From assembly GCA_977017575.1 (NCBI GenBank), contig CDRNVI010000048.1:124001-188000 (forward strand): DNA of 64,000 nucleotides, written 5' to 3'. Below the pieces are notes generated by a model. That model was not told the DNA's origin and searched no databases. It saw only the letters and a list, made by a program, of their open reading frames with translations. Origin of the DNA: Paramoeba atlantica. Its lineage: Eukaryota > Protista > Discosea. This document shows, piece after piece, positions 11,443 through 22,999 of this stretch (the first letter of the stretch is position 1; the number at the start of each line of letters is the position of its first letter). The position numbers and the translations under genes were made by a program.

Positions 11443-12804
11443 TTAGAAGATACAGCTCTGGCTCATTGATCTTTTATTATTAGATTCTTTCTTTCGCACT
11501 CTATGCATTACAGCCATGACCAGTCGTTTCCAAGGCAACCCAAAGCTTAGGTACAGTAAAGCGTTTATCCAAAGCGCCATACCTACAATAAAAAGTGACG
11601 CAAAGCGAAAAACATTTTTGGTGAATCTGTTTTTTAGAGATGCATGCCAAAAAAATGCTCTGATCTGATGAAGATATATCCAAGCATCCGATTTGGGTTG
11701 AGAATGCTGATCACCGTATACCACGCCCTGAAGCACATGATTTTTCTTATAGGTCCTATGATTGAGGTGAGACGTTGAATTGGTATGCAAAGAGAGATCA
11801 ATAAAGGAAGCACTCCGCCGGAACTCCTTGGAGGAGAGAAGTAAGCCGTTGTTTTCGGGGCTTCTCGTAGTATATAATTTACAATACATACTGTTGTAAT
11901 TCATATTATGCAACACCTTGCTGGAATATATCAAGTCGGAAACTGTGTTTTGCTCATCTCGCATTAACCATGGATGACACAATAATCTTCGAGCGCTCCA
12001 GCGGGCCTCATGATTGACTTGAAGCATTGATTTCAACATGTCAACAAGATCACACTCAAGCGAAGACGGAAACTTGATAGCACCACTTTTAATCCTTGAA
12101 AACAATCTTTCAGTGTCTTCTGCTACAAATGGCATTGTGCCTGTAGTTAGCGCATAGATACACACACCCGCGCTCCAGATATCAGAGGCAACACATGGAG
12201 GCTTTCCTTCCAAAACCTCAGGAGCAACATAGTGGGGTGATCCACAAATTTCGGAAATTTCGGAGTGCTGTAGTACGTCAATAGCAAAGCTGAAATCTGA
12301 AATTTTAAGAGTATTTCGTTTATCAAGTAAGAGGTTCTCTAGCTTAATATCCCGATGAGCAATGTTCTCTCCGTGTAAAGCGTTCAACCCAAGAAGAAGA
12401 TGACGCACATAATGTCGAAGAATAGCGACACGTATCTGCGAACCTTTGCTGCGTCGAAGTAATGTGCCATTGGAAGCGTATTCCATAACAATGTAGAAGT
12501 TACGTGCGGACTGCAGAATCATAACTGGGTGTATCAAATGCCGAGAACGGGGAATACGTTTGAGCACCTCCACTTCTCGCATAAATGTTGTCTTTGCACC
12601 TAGCTGTTGTAACCTATTTTTACTTACTACTTTGATTGCATACGAGCCCGACGAATCTTGGTCTCCAATGTACCTACATTTGTACACAACACTGAAAGAG
12701 CCTGTGCCAATCGGGGCTCCTATTAAAAAATCGCCGATTCTTCTAAATTTCGCTGTACTCGCCGAACAACTCACGTCTGAAGAGCTCGCGCTGGACGAAC
12801 TCAT
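11443..12804 (-). CDS. Ser/Thr protein kinase (CAMK/AMPK-like) with C-terminal hydrophobic segment
   Basis: GTGSFSVV, YAIK, HRDIKLEN, SDFS (variant DFG), CGSPHYVAPE, DIWSAG. First ATG at 12804. Confidence 0.9.
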   Translation of the reverse strand: MSSSSASSSDVSCSASTAKFRRIGDFLIGAPIGTGSFSVVYKCRYIGDQDSSGSYAIKVVSKNRLQQLGAKTTFMREVEVLKRIPRSRHLIHPVMILQSARNFYIVMEYASNGTLLRRSKGSQIRVAILRHYVRHLLLGLNALHGENIAHRDIKLENLLLDKRNTLKISDFSFAIDVLQHSEISEICGSPHYVAPEVLEGKPPCVASDIWSAGVCIYALTTGTMPFVAEDTERLFSRIKSGAIKFPSSLECDLVDMLKSMLQVNHEARWSARRLLCHPWLMRDEQNTVSDLIYSSKVLHNMNYNSMYCKLYTTRSPENNGLLLSSKEFRRSASFIDLSLHTNSTSHLNHRTYKKNHVLQGVVYGDQHSQPKSDAWIYLHQIRAFFWHASLKNRFTKNVFRFASLFIVGMALWINALLYLSFGLPWKRLVMAVMHRVRKKESNNKRSMSQSCIF

Positions 12805-12996
12805 GCTCTGCAGTTTCCTTCTTCGCGCACTAGTGGCAAGCTCAGCAGTCGGTAGGTAGTGCTCTACTTCAACTCCGTGCTTCAATAAATGTGTATAAGC
12901 ATCTTGTTGAGACTGATCTTATTTCGAAATAAAACGAAACAACATAATGCGATATTTTAGGTACCTCCGAAAAGCAGTATCTCATAAGTAGTATAC

Positions 12997-14385
12997 GGGG
13001 AACTTTACCCCTAAATGATATTTTAACCCCTTAATGACATTTTTACCCCTTAATGACATTTTTATCCCTTAATGATATTTCTAGGTGAAAAGGGACTTTT
13101 TTCCCCCAAAAAACAAAATTGTAAAATGTTTGTTTGCAGTAGTAATATGTTCTACAGTGTTCTACAGACTTTTCCATCATTATTTTTCGCTTACTAAGCA
13201 ATAAAACTGAATGAACTTTGATTGCGATGGATGCGAAACGTTTGATTGCGTTAATGGTCTAAAGGTCATGGAGTTAGGAAAAGTGAAAGATGCAATAATA
13301 AACAAGTGGGCCCGTCGACACGGTTTAACGTATGTATCACCACTTTGCCCGAAATGTAAAAATCATACCATGTCTTTAATGAAGGAAGGGGGACGCAAGT
13401 GCTTCCTATGCCCTTCTCGGTGTAGGAAAAGACTTCCTTTCGAAGGCCTGTACATACCATCTGGGCGAGGTCAACGATCATCCGTAAGGATCTGAATCAT
13501 CCGTTTAAGGAACTGATTTTCACCTTGATTGCGATGCATCGAGGGACCACGCGCAAAGCGATATGTGAAGAAGCAGGTGCTGACCCAAAGACTATTACAC
13601 GCCTCACGCAAACTTTGGATTATGGAATCGCCTTCGTCGCTTGGCTGCGCATGTCACTTCCCGAAAACTGGAGCGATGTCCAGGCCGATGAAGTCGCCGT
13701 GTCAAAGCGAAAGTATGAAAGAGGACATCGTGCAAGACGTGGCGGTGTCCAATGGAGTGAAAATGTGTGCAGGATTGAGGAAATCGATGGTAACAAGAAA
13801 ATTACGGACTTCTGTATCTCCACCCTTCCGAATCGGAAAGCAACAAGTGTAATTCCTGTGATCGACAAGACCTCCTCGCACAGTACCGTCACAACAGACA
13901 GTTTTCGTGCTTATAATGGCGTGAAAACAAGGTCTCGTATGCATCTAAAGGTGAACCACAAGACGGAAGGATTCAAGTCACAAGAAGGAATACATACGAA
14001 CCACGTGGAACGCGCAAACGGTCTTTGGAAAGACTCTATTCGAGTAGCGTGAAGTCGTCTCCCGATCAGGGGTCGCTCGCGCGAGCCCCGCTAAATAGGG
14101 GGGGAAGGTGGTAGTTGTGGGGTATGGAGGCCTTCACGCAACTCCGGGGCCTCACCGGGAACAAAAATGAGACACTGGCTCCAGTATTTTAGGCAAATTA
14201 AGTTTAGACTCAATTTTTCTCTTAAAACCACCTCTCTATCCTCGATTACCATTGGAAGGCGCTTTCGCAATTTTTTTTGCAAAACACTCCTTAGGTGATG
14301 AAAATGTCATTAAGGGGTAAACATGTCATTAATGGGGAAAAATGTCATTATGGGGTTAAAATGTCAATGTGGGGTAAAAATGGCC
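12997..14385 (+). mobile_element. Merlin DNA transposon with broken transposase (13211-13495 plus 13525-14052)
   Basis: Zn-ribbon CPKC..CPSRC; DEVAVSKRKY, TTDSFRAY, VNH, HTNHVE. Ends GGGGAACTTTACCCC / GGGGTAAAAATGGCC with inverted ~20-bp subterminal repeats (ACCCCTTAATGACATTTT). Flanks gTAGTATAC / aTAGTATAC give an 8-9 bp TSD. Confidence 0.85.
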
Positions 14386-15050
14386 ATAGTATACTAATGT
14401 ACTATGGTAATAAAATGCATAATGTACTATAGTCATACGTTGTAGTTCCGGGAACCTACCTCTGGTTCTGTTCTGGGAACACAGGGAACACCGCTCCGGG
14501 AGGAGAGAGACACGGATATTTTATAAACTGCAGACTAACATTTCTAACTGTAAACTAGAGATTTCTCGCCTAACTATCGAGTTCCATACCCTGGACTACT
14601 ATAATAGTATAAAAGTTTATACTAAAACTAACTTCTAGACTCCTTCTCCACGACATGTCCCTATATCACTACTTATCATTACGTAATATGAAATTTGTCT
14701 GACCTTTATGTTGGCGAACTAATTCCTCATCAGAGAATCTAAGCTCTTGCCAATAGCCTTAGCATAGTGGCCGATATCAGTGAATATGAGACCGCATATG
14801 AAGGTTTGAACGAAGTGACAAGGAATTAATTACACAGTGGAGGAATATGACGACAGAAAGCGATCTAGCAAAATCATTTGCAGCCGCCTATAAATGCATT
14901 TGCAGACTATGTTGCTTTAGATAATGGCACCTTCGAATCACAAAGCAGTATTCCCACGGCAATCGCTCCTGGGAGCGAGTTTTCGGATGAAGAGGACACC
15001 TCAGAGGTACACGACTTCATAGAGAATGCAAATATGGTTCCAGCACAAGT

Positions 15051-16568
15051 TCAGTGATCCGCATGAATATATTTCCACAAATCATCGACTTTAGATGGCT
15101 GAGATCGGGTGCAATGAATGTGCAATTCAGAGTCCGTATGGCTAATGATGACGGTCACATACTCAGGATAGGTAAACTCGATCAATGAGTCATTGGATGA
15201 TAGTTTCATCGTTGTACAGATCCCTAATTTGGGGATATAAACATCGCATGTTTGATTTCCATGTATGCCGCACAATACCCCGGGTACAGAAAATTTATTT
15301 TTCTCACTTAACATAGATTTTCGAAACGTTTCGATCTGATCGAGTGCCTCAATGTGATCCGCAATGGCCGACAACTGCGTAACCCTGGCACTAAGAGGCG
15401 TAAGTGATTTCATGTTTATTGTTGGCATCCCACACAAATAACTACAGGCTTGATACAACGTAATAGCGTCCGAGAGAGTGTGTGAAGGCTCTGTGACGGA
15501 TAGAGAGTGGCCTTTGGGGGAATACAAAGTTGTACAAATCCCTTTTTGTTGTTGAAGCTTCTGATCTACGGCCTTAAGAAACGTGGAATGAAGTGAAGGA
15601 TATGTCCCGTTGGTGTGTCGTAGAAGCGTTGATATCTTCTTCGCACAGAACCAGGTGTATAATTGATGATTAAAAGCAGCTAACAAGAACGGAATCGCTT
15701 GTATCTTCCTGAACTGTAGATTTTTAGTTAGTTGTGAACTCACCACTTCGTTGGAAAATATCTTTGCTCGTTCGCCCATGGATTGAATTAAACGAAGCGC
15801 TCGTCTATCTGCATCACCAGCCCACAGGGGCGTCTGGGCTACTTCCTCATCATTAGAAGTGAGTGCTACCCATTCTGACGGTTTGAGAACAATGAAATTA
15901 CGTGTCTTGGCTACTTTAAGTTCAAAGTCGTGTACTCCTCCCTGCAGATCAATTGTAAACGAGGCCGCTAGAACATTTTGAAATGGGTTTTGATTGCAGA
16001 GTTCATTGGACCAAGAGCAATAATTGGGTATCATAGGCGTTATGGACGTGGCACGTCTTACAGACCGGCACGAATTGATCCATGGGAGTTTAACGTCGCC
16101 ATGGCAGATTGGTCCTTCTTTGTATTTTTTAAAAGGTGGACAACAAATTGCAATGGTAATTCGCGGGTTGGAGTATTTGCCAGATGGAGCGTGGGGAAGA
16201 CGAGTAGGACAAATGCTTACTCCAAAGTCAGAGGTATAAGTTCCATTGTTCACTGCGTATATCCGCTGTGTTAACTCAGATTTTACACGTTCATCAAATA
16301 CACCCCCACTAGCAGTGGAAATTGTCAAATCCGAAAGTAGTTCACCATCAGAAAATTGGGACGAAGGATCGCATATTTCTTCTTTTTTGTTTGTTCCTTG
16401 TGTTACCTTGTTCGGACGCGAAAACCCAGAGCAAGCCGTATCCAGCGTCTCTACAACTCCGTAAGGAGCGACTCGTCCATGTGGAAGTATGTGACCATAT
16501 TTCTTAAGTATGGACGCATCCAAAGAGATCCACCCAAGCCTGTAAGCAGCGAACAAAGCGGGATTCAT
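15051..16568 (-). CDS. Hypothetical protein, 505 aa
   Basis: Long ATG-initiated ORF on the cluster strand; no motif I can assign with confidence. Confidence 0.7.
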   Translation of the reverse strand: MNPALFAAYRLGWISLDASILKKYGHILPHGRVAPYGVVETLDTACSGFSRPNKVTQGTNKKEEICDPSSQFSDGELLSDLTISTASGGVFDERVKSELTQRIYAVNNGTYTSDFGVSICPTRLPHAPSGKYSNPRITIAICCPPFKKYKEGPICHGDVKLPWINSCRSVRRATSITPMIPNYCSWSNELCNQNPFQNVLAASFTIDLQGGVHDFELKVAKTRNFIVLKPSEWVALTSNDEEVAQTPLWAGDADRRALRLIQSMGERAKIFSNEVVSSQLTKNLQFRKIQAIPFLLAAFNHQLYTWFCAKKISTLLRHTNGTYPSLHSTFLKAVDQKLQQQKGICTTLYSPKGHSLSVTEPSHTLSDAITLYQACSYLCGMPTINMKSLTPLSARVTQLSAIADHIEALDQIETFRKSMLSEKNKFSVPGVLCGIHGNQTCDVYIPKLGICTTMKLSSNDSLIEFTYPEYVTVIISHTDSELHIHCTRSQPSKVDDLWKYIHADH

Positions 16569-16827
16569 ATATTCGTAAGGACAAGAAGTTCATGGATATT
16601 TTTTATGGATATTTATGGAATCGCAGACAATATTTTTCTAATTTATCTCAAAAAGAAGCGCACCTTTTTATAATTCGATGTGGAGATTTAAAATCTTGGA
16701 GACAAAGGAAATCATGAAAGCCACTTCGTAATGCCCCCTTTGCGAAATCGTTGACAAACACAAAACCAAATCGCCGTGTTCCGTATATTTTCGCATTTTA
16801 TTGGACCAAGCTCTTCCCCCTACTGGG

Positions 16828-17208
16828 TCACGCGTCACCCGTTTCTTCCCTATGGTGCCCTGTACTTCTGGATTCAGCTTCGAGTAAATCTAGATATTTG
16901 GTCTTGTACTTCCATGGCGCTTCACCTGTATTAACCTCACACCTCCTACGTCGAAATATTTTTTCTGCCGACTTCGCATCTCCTAGAACGGCGGCCTTTA
17001 GAAGAGTAATGAACGCTTCATGACAGTCAGCAGGCGTAGGATCTGCAAATCCGATGTAATGTATGTTTGTGCTTCTGAAAGTACACTTGACGAATTCTTT
17101 CAGACCTTTCGAAATCGATAATGTTTCGTCTAGTCTTTCTTCTTTAGTTCTTACAAAAGGATACGGACCGGGAAATTCGTAGCAACGAAGCCAACTGCCG
17201 CCATACAT
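16828..17208 (-). CDS. Small hypothetical protein
   Basis: ORF on the cluster strand between two genes. First ATG at 17208; the track start at 17295 is GTG. Confidence 0.45.
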   Translation of the reverse strand: MYGGSWLRCYEFPGPYPFVRTKEERLDETLSISKGLKEFVKCTFRSTNIHYIGFADPTPADCHEAFITLLKAAVLGDAKSAEKIFRRRRCEVNTGEAPWKYKTKYLDLLEAESRSTGHHREETGDA

Positions 17209-17457
17209 TATTTGTGGGGAGGAAGCATTGTAACTGTTTGTCGAATCAAAAATGTCAATGCTTAGACAGAATGGCTGTCCAATTCTACTAAACACTAAAT
17301 AGGGGGAAGGTAATACTTTGCACTACATCGCTGATCTAAATTTTTTATTATAATAAGGATTAGGATCCAAATAAGAAATCCAGAATAAGGATCTGAAGTG
17401 AACAAGACGGGAAATAGAAATATCCTTTTAACATTGTTTTGTTTGATCAAAAAAAAC

Positions 17458-19488
17458 TTATATTTCAAAGTTAGTAAGAATGGAATTTGATTTTAATTCT
17501 TTTTCAGGTATAGATGAAGGCGCACCGGCTCGTGAGTTTGCACATATGGTAAGAAGATTTGAGTCCTCCCGGAAAGTGCAAGAAGGCATAATGTTCAGTA
17601 CAGAATCAAACGAAGAAGAGCCTGATGTCCATAGGGTTTCGATACCAAGACTCCGCCTTTGGGTATTTTTGCCTTGTTCAAATTGCTTCCAAGTAGAGAA
17701 CTCCAAGGAAGTTCCAATATTTCGACGAATAACTTCCAAAACGGAGTTTTTCTTTTTGGAAGGATACCTTCGATTTTCTGTATTCTCTGGCGCATTGTAT
17801 CGCTGGTGAAGAATATTTCCAAGTTGTCGTGCTGCATGTAGCAAAGGAAATGTTGAAATGGACCCAGAAAGCGTAGTACATGCCTGATGCAAAGATTGTT
17901 TTGTTTGGCAGAAGTCAGATACAGACGAATGACTTAAATCGTCAACAACTTCCATAACTTCAAGTGGTAAAATTGCGTGACTGCGTACAACAAGACAATA
18001 GTGCACCAGAGGATCGAGAGGGGGTTCCTCTGAAACAGGTGAGTATACGACCATTGCATTTGTGCAGTTGTTTGAAGTCATAGTTCGCTTTTTCCGTACC
18101 CCAAATAATAAGATATCTTCCACGCTAGGAGTGTACAATGCGGGAAGGAATTCAAACGAGGGGGAATACCCGTTTAATACAGTGGAAAAATACCACGCCA
18201 CTCCATTCAGATATACTTCAACGCTTTCTAATGAGACGGTCGATGATTTTTTCTCCATGGTTTTTATGAATGCTTCATGGGAAATCGAGATCGACTTGTC
18301 TAACGCATAGGCATACTTTTTCCTGCTCTTTCTTTCGTCTTTTAGAAGCAAACTGTGCTCTTTGCCAGTCTGAAGAAGCCACGATGAAAAGAAATCTAGT
18401 ATAGAATGTAATTTTACTCCCCATATTCGTCGTGGTGAAAACCATACCCATGTAGGAGGTTGACCCGAATCGATTTTGGAGGTTATAAACAGCGACTCTG
18501 TTTCATTGATCGCGGTCAGAGAACTGACGGAATCACTCAGACAACGATTTACGTACTCGAGGTAAAAAGTCCACATTGGAAGTATTGTTTGATCAAGTAC
18601 ACCACAGAGAATATCATTCGCACACATAGACATCAGGAATACGAAGTCAAGGCGAAGAATGCGTAATAGTTTGGTTTCCGGAACTGTGGGAACATTTTTA
18701 TTAATTCCTTCCATAGCTTTCGCTAGCCACGCCCGAAAAACGGATCCGACGCAAAGTAAGAGCTTTGACGATGTGTTCAATAATGTGAGATTATGCAGTG
18801 ATATGCTTGCTGCGCATATGATAAAAAGATCGCTATCTGAGCCCACGATTAAATGCTTTGCGTTTGATCCTCCGAGAATTTTAGACACGGAGCACTCGAA
18901 TAGTCTTTGGATAATTTTGTGTTCACCCTCCCCCGGAGAGTTAAAATCACTGACTACTGTGCACACGCTATTTTCAGTAGTTTCTCTACGCCGTTTTCTT
19001 GTTTTTCTGTGTGACGCCGTCCTCTCGTGCAAGAATATACTGACATGTTTACCGAGCCTTTTGGCAATCCAGTTCATCCATGGGCTTCCGGGACTAATGG
19101 TTTGTTTGACGATTGACTGCTTCAAGCGACGCATTCTCTGACTTGTAATTTTGGCCATAGCACCTGGCCCATCAAAGGCGAGCAACACGCTACATCTCGG
19201 AGGGTACTTCAATAAGATTTGTCGGATGTAATCCCATGTTTTGTTGAGCAACGTCATCATCAGTTGTGCGTCTCCATGCGACGATGAGTTCTCATCTCTA
19301 TCTATAAATATATTGTCCTTTAGAGAACACTTTGCATCTATAGATATCTCATTGAGCATTACATGGACCACCGCGTTCATATCAAAGTGGATGTGGTCGA
19401 ACCCCGTGCGAGTACTTTCCGGACCGAATGGAAGAGTACAGTGTTGGTACGTCCGGTACAAATACGCATTCAATCCGGGAATCCCCAT
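17458..19488 (-). CDS. XRN-family 5'-3' exoribonuclease (short, XRN_N domain)
   Basis: MGIPG, HFDMNAVVH, AFDGPGAMAK..QRMRR, ISPGSPWM, PGEGEHKII, VGSDSDL. Confidence 0.85.
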   Translation of the reverse strand: MGIPGLNAYLYRTYQHCTLPFGPESTRTGFDHIHFDMNAVVHVMLNEISIDAKCSLKDNIFIDRDENSSSHGDAQLMMTLLNKTWDYIRQILLKYPPRCSVLLAFDGPGAMAKITSQRMRRLKQSIVKQTISPGSPWMNWIAKRLGKHVSIFLHERTASHRKTRKRRRETTENSVCTVVSDFNSPGEGEHKIIQRLFECSVSKILGGSNAKHLIVGSDSDLFIICAASISLHNLTLLNTSSKLLLCVGSVFRAWLAKAMEGINKNVPTVPETKLLRILRLDFVFLMSMCANDILCGVLDQTILPMWTFYLEYVNRCLSDSVSSLTAINETESLFITSKIDSGQPPTWVWFSPRRIWGVKLHSILDFFSSWLLQTGKEHSLLLKDERKSRKKYAYALDKSISISHEAFIKTMEKKSSTVSLESVEVYLNGVAWYFSTVLNGYSPSFEFLPALYTPSVEDILLFGVRKKRTMTSNNCTNAMVVYSPVSEEPPLDPLVHYCLVVRSHAILPLEVMEVVDDLSHSSVSDFCQTKQSLHQACTTLSGSISTFPLLHAARQLGNILHQRYNAPENTENRRYPSKKKNSVLEVIRRNIGTSLEFSTWKQFEQGKNTQRRSLGIETLWTSGSSSFDSVLNIMPSCTFREDSNLLTICANSRAGAPSSIPEKELKSNSILTNFEI

Positions 19489-19710
19489 TTCAAGTCTTCT
19501 TGCAGCAACTCACAAGGTGGAGTGACAGATTGTTTGCAGCGCGTTGGGCGTTTCTCTCGACCATGTAAAAATGTTGGTAAAGAACCTATTACGTGTAAAT
19601 ATTCTGTTGAGCAAGGATGTAGAAACTATTTCTTTTTTGTTTTAATTACTCCAAAATTTGCATCAGTACACGAACGCCACCTGTTTCACATGGACATGTA
19701 TTGTTTCACA

Positions 19711-21063
19711 TTACACAGTCAATAGCATACATAAAGGATTTTCCACGTATGCTTTGAATGAATTACAAAATCGCGTAAGACATGCACCATCCAAAACACG
19801 ATGATCTCCCACAAATGTTGCATTCAAGACGTGCGTCCTCGCGATGCGGCCTTTTGAGTTATATCTCGGAAGACACTGGATACGACTAAAGCTTGCCATA
19901 CAGACTTCGGAGGACGGAAGTCGGGGAAACGCCATTGTTGTTCCAATGGTTCCAATATTGGAGAGCGTCAGGGTGGTGTCATCCATATCCTCCCTGCGAA
20001 GCCTTTCCTCTTTTGCAAGTGTCACTAGCCGAGATACCTCCTGTGATATGGTATCCAACGATTTGCTTTCGACGTTCTTTATGTTTGGTACAACTAAGCC
20101 TGTGGGTCCATCGATCGCGATACCAATATTGTGATTCGGTTGAAGCTCAATGCAAGAATTCTTTAGAAGGCGACTGTTTATTATGGCGTGGTCTTTTATG
20201 GCTAACGAGATAGCTTTGACTAAGAAACTCATTAAAGTATAACGCCTCACAATCTCAGGAAGAATACTCGAAGAGCTTTCAAAAATGCGTGCGGCGCCTT
20301 TAATGTCCTTCCTAAATCGTATATAAGGATTCATTTCAATTTCATCCGTAATGCCGAAAGACGGAACCTTAAGACTTGCATTCATAGCTGTTAACATGGA
20401 ACGCTGTAGCACAGTCATGGGTACAACTCTTTTCCCCCTTCTATTCTCTTTAATCGAATTCTGTTCATCACATGTCAAACTAGTCGAGAAATCGGTTTCC
20501 CTTTTTATCTCAGATACGGTAGCATCGACATCTTTCATGGTAACATACCCCTTCGTTGAATAATTCGGAGTATCAAGTTTCACGCCTAGCTCTTGACACC
20601 TGCGTCTTGCGGCGGGAGTCGAAAGCACTTTTTGATAAGTGGTATCATGCTGGTCCTTTTCTGCTGTCAAGCACTTTGTTGAAAGGCTCTGGTTGCTGTT
20701 CTCTAGAACAACCTCCTCTGGCTGATCACTTACGGTCATATCGACTAATGGGCTACCAACTTTATGCCGGGACCCGGGGAAGGCATGTATTTGCTCGACA
20801 CGACCTGAATATTTAGCCGTTATCTCAACAGTGGCCTTGTCACTTCGGACCTCACAAAGGGGATCAAATTCCTTCACGTATTCATTAGGCTTTACATACC
20901 ACTTTAAGATCTCGACATCCGCAATGCCTTCCCCTATGTCGGTCAGTGGAACCGAAACTCGTTGTGCAGTGTCGAAACGAGTGTTTAGATGGCGCCGCTG
21001 ATGCCGTGCAACGAGCCTGTGCCCAATGCAGTACCATGTCAAGCTGGAAATTTGTTTTTTCAT
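19711..21063 (-). CDS. DBT: Dihydrolipoamide branched-chain transacylase (E2 of branched-chain keto acid dehydrogenase)
   Basis: Lipoyl domain DIGEGI..EVRSDKATVEI, E3-binding STPAARR, catalytic DHRVLDG. ATG at 21063. Confidence 0.9.
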   Translation of the reverse strand: MKKQISSLTWYCIGHRLVARHQRRHLNTRFDTAQRVSVPLTDIGEGIADVEILKWYVKPNEYVKEFDPLCEVRSDKATVEITAKYSGRVEQIHAFPGSRHKVGSPLVDMTVSDQPEEVVLENSNQSLSTKCLTAEKDQHDTTYQKVLSTPAARRRCQELGVKLDTPNYSTKGYVTMKDVDATVSEIKRETDFSTSLTCDEQNSIKENRRGKRVVPMTVLQRSMLTAMNASLKVPSFGITDEIEMNPYIRFRKDIKGAARIFESSSSILPEIVRRYTLMSFLVKAISLAIKDHAIINSRLLKNSCIELQPNHNIGIAIDGPTGLVVPNIKNVESKSLDTISQEVSRLVTLAKEERLRREDMDDTTLTLSNIGTIGTTMAFPRLPSSEVCMASFSRIQCLPRYNSKGRIARTHVLNATFVGDHRVLDGACLTRFCNSFKAYVENPLCMLLTV

Positions 21064-21461
21064 TACGGTAGAACGAAAACCGAGTCGTCTAAAAACTAAT
21101 GTTAGTGACCTGTTAGATTTGCTGATAACTGAGTAACTATTATCGAATCTCCAAAGTACAATAAATCGGTGAGAAAAAGTTCTAAAAATGTATCGCAGTA
21201 CAACAAAGCAACTACAATTCTGTACAGCAAAAACAATGAAAAAAGAGACCAACAAACTGCTACATCCAGCATAACGAAATCCAGGGCATGTGTGAATTGA
21301 ACTTCTACATACGAAATAGATCAATTACATTCGCCGACGGATCGCTACACTACGGTCGCTCACCGTACTCGACAAAAAACCTCACATCCACACATCCCGT
21401 CAAAAAAGTTACTCGCCCCTCAACCGGTGTCTCACCCCAACCCCTCCCCCTCTCCCCCCCT

Positions 21462-22787
21462 TTACAAACTCGAAAACGACCAATCCAAATACGCCGGAGC
21501 CATGGACGGTGATCGTCCCTCCCTCCCCCCTATCCCCACCCCCCCTCCAGGGGTCCCCATCTCCCGCTCCCCGTACCCCACCCCGTTGGCCCCCGAGCCC
21601 CCCCGACACCCCGAGCCCCCCCTCCCCGCGGCCTCCACGCCCACAGGGGACCGCGAGGGGAGGCCGCGGAAGAAGTGCGGGGTGAGCACGCAGGGGCGGG
21701 AGAGGGCCATCTCGGGGGACATCGAGGACGGGAGGGGGAAGCCACTGAAGGGGGTCGGGGCACTGCCGTAGTAGGGCACGGTGCCGTGAGGGAACACCGA
21801 CTCGTGGGGGTAAGGGGTAGGGGGATACTCCGGGTGGGTACTCCTTGTTGTGGGGGTTGTCGCACGCAGAGGGAAGAGGGTCCCGGGGGCGTAGGGGAGG
21901 GGGGAGGCCGCGCGAGTCGTCGGGGTAGTCGTCGTAAGGAGAGGGGGGTAGGGGATAGGGCGGAGATAGGGTGGGGGGTGGGGGGGAGGAGGGGGGGCGT
22001 AGGGGTGTGTTCGTGAGGAGAGGGAGGCTCGACGACGTTGGGGGGTGAACCCGACGTCTTCGAGGGTGAAGGCATCCACGGGGTCGGGACAGGTCCCGAT
22101 GGGGGGTGGGGTGGGGGTGGGGGAGGGGTGGGATTTGGTTTCGGGGCGGGGAGGGGTGGGGGAGAGTGGGGAAAGGGTTTCGCTAGGAGACTCGTGGGAG
22201 GATCCCACGTTGTTGACTTGAATGAGTTCACGCATTTGTTGAATCTCGTGGAGGAGATTAGATTCGTTTTCCGCGGGATCGATGGAGGTGGCACTTCCCA
22301 ACTCTTTAAAGGTCAAGAAATTTTTATTTTGCATGAGAGTAGGGTCGGATACGGGGTCCCACAGGTGTAGAGTTCTTCTCCATTCCGCGACCCTCGTGTC
22401 CCATTTTCGTTTGCTAATCTTCATGTCGGGAGGCGGGGTGACCGGATGAAGAGGATTACCGAACTGCCGATCACTGGGAGGTACAAGCCTTCGGTAGTTT
22501 TCGTAGCCATGCGTAACTTTTCCGAAAGCTATCTGCTTTCTCCTTTGCTGCAGTCGACGCGCGTCGGTTTCAACGGCGTCCTCTTTATTCAAATGAGTTT
22601 CGCCAAACGTTTTCAGTCGTTTGGCCAGCAGTCCATTAGAAAAATTAGTCAGAAGGGGTGTAGGTTTTTTATCTTGGATGGGGTCTTTCTCCGTATTATC
22701 ACTTGGCTGCTCTGTTGTTTTTTCGACGATGCTAGTCGCAATTGGTTGATCAGCTTCTTCCATATTCTGAGTTTCATGATTGCTCAT
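21462..22787 (-). CDS. SLBP: Histone stem-loop binding protein (SLBP) RNA-binding-domain protein with Pro-rich tail
   Basis: RLQQRRKQIAFGKVTHGYENY..HPVTPP..ISKRKWDTRVAEWRRTLHLWD is the SLBP RNA-binding signature. Confidence 0.85.
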   Translation of the reverse strand: MSNHETQNMEEADQPIATSIVEKTTEQPSDNTEKDPIQDKKPTPLLTNFSNGLLAKRLKTFGETHLNKEDAVETDARRLQQRRKQIAFGKVTHGYENYRRLVPPSDRQFGNPLHPVTPPPDMKISKRKWDTRVAEWRRTLHLWDPVSDPTLMQNKNFLTFKELGSATSIDPAENESNLLHEIQQMRELIQVNNVGSSHESPSETLSPLSPTPPRPETKSHPSPTPTPPPIGTCPDPVDAFTLEDVGFTPQRRRASLSSRTHPYAPPPPPHPPPYLRPIPYPPLLTTTTPTTRAASPLPYAPGTLFPLRATTPTTRSTHPEYPPTPYPHESVFPHGTVPYYGSAPTPFSGFPLPSSMSPEMALSRPCVLTPHFFRGLPSRSPVGVEAAGRGGSGCRGGSGANGVGYGEREMGTPGGGVGIGGREGRSPSMAPAYLDWSFSSL

Positions 22788-22999
22788 GTGAGCGGGAAAT
22801 ATTCACAATAGTTTGAACGATATGTATAGAGGAAAAAGGCGATAAACAAAATATGAAATTGAGAAAAAAGAAACAGTTCCAAAGGTGCCACCCCCACATG
22901 CAGTGTCGCGCACACATGTATAGTGTCGCGAGTTTTTAAGAAACAGCGCTAGTCCACTTCATAGAGGGGGGTAACGCGTCGGAGGCAAATCGGCAGAAT

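Noticed and set aside
15051-16568. RNB/RNase II-like nuclease
   Set aside because: Only a faint resemblance; the diagnostic catalytic and TSPIRRY motifs are not visible.
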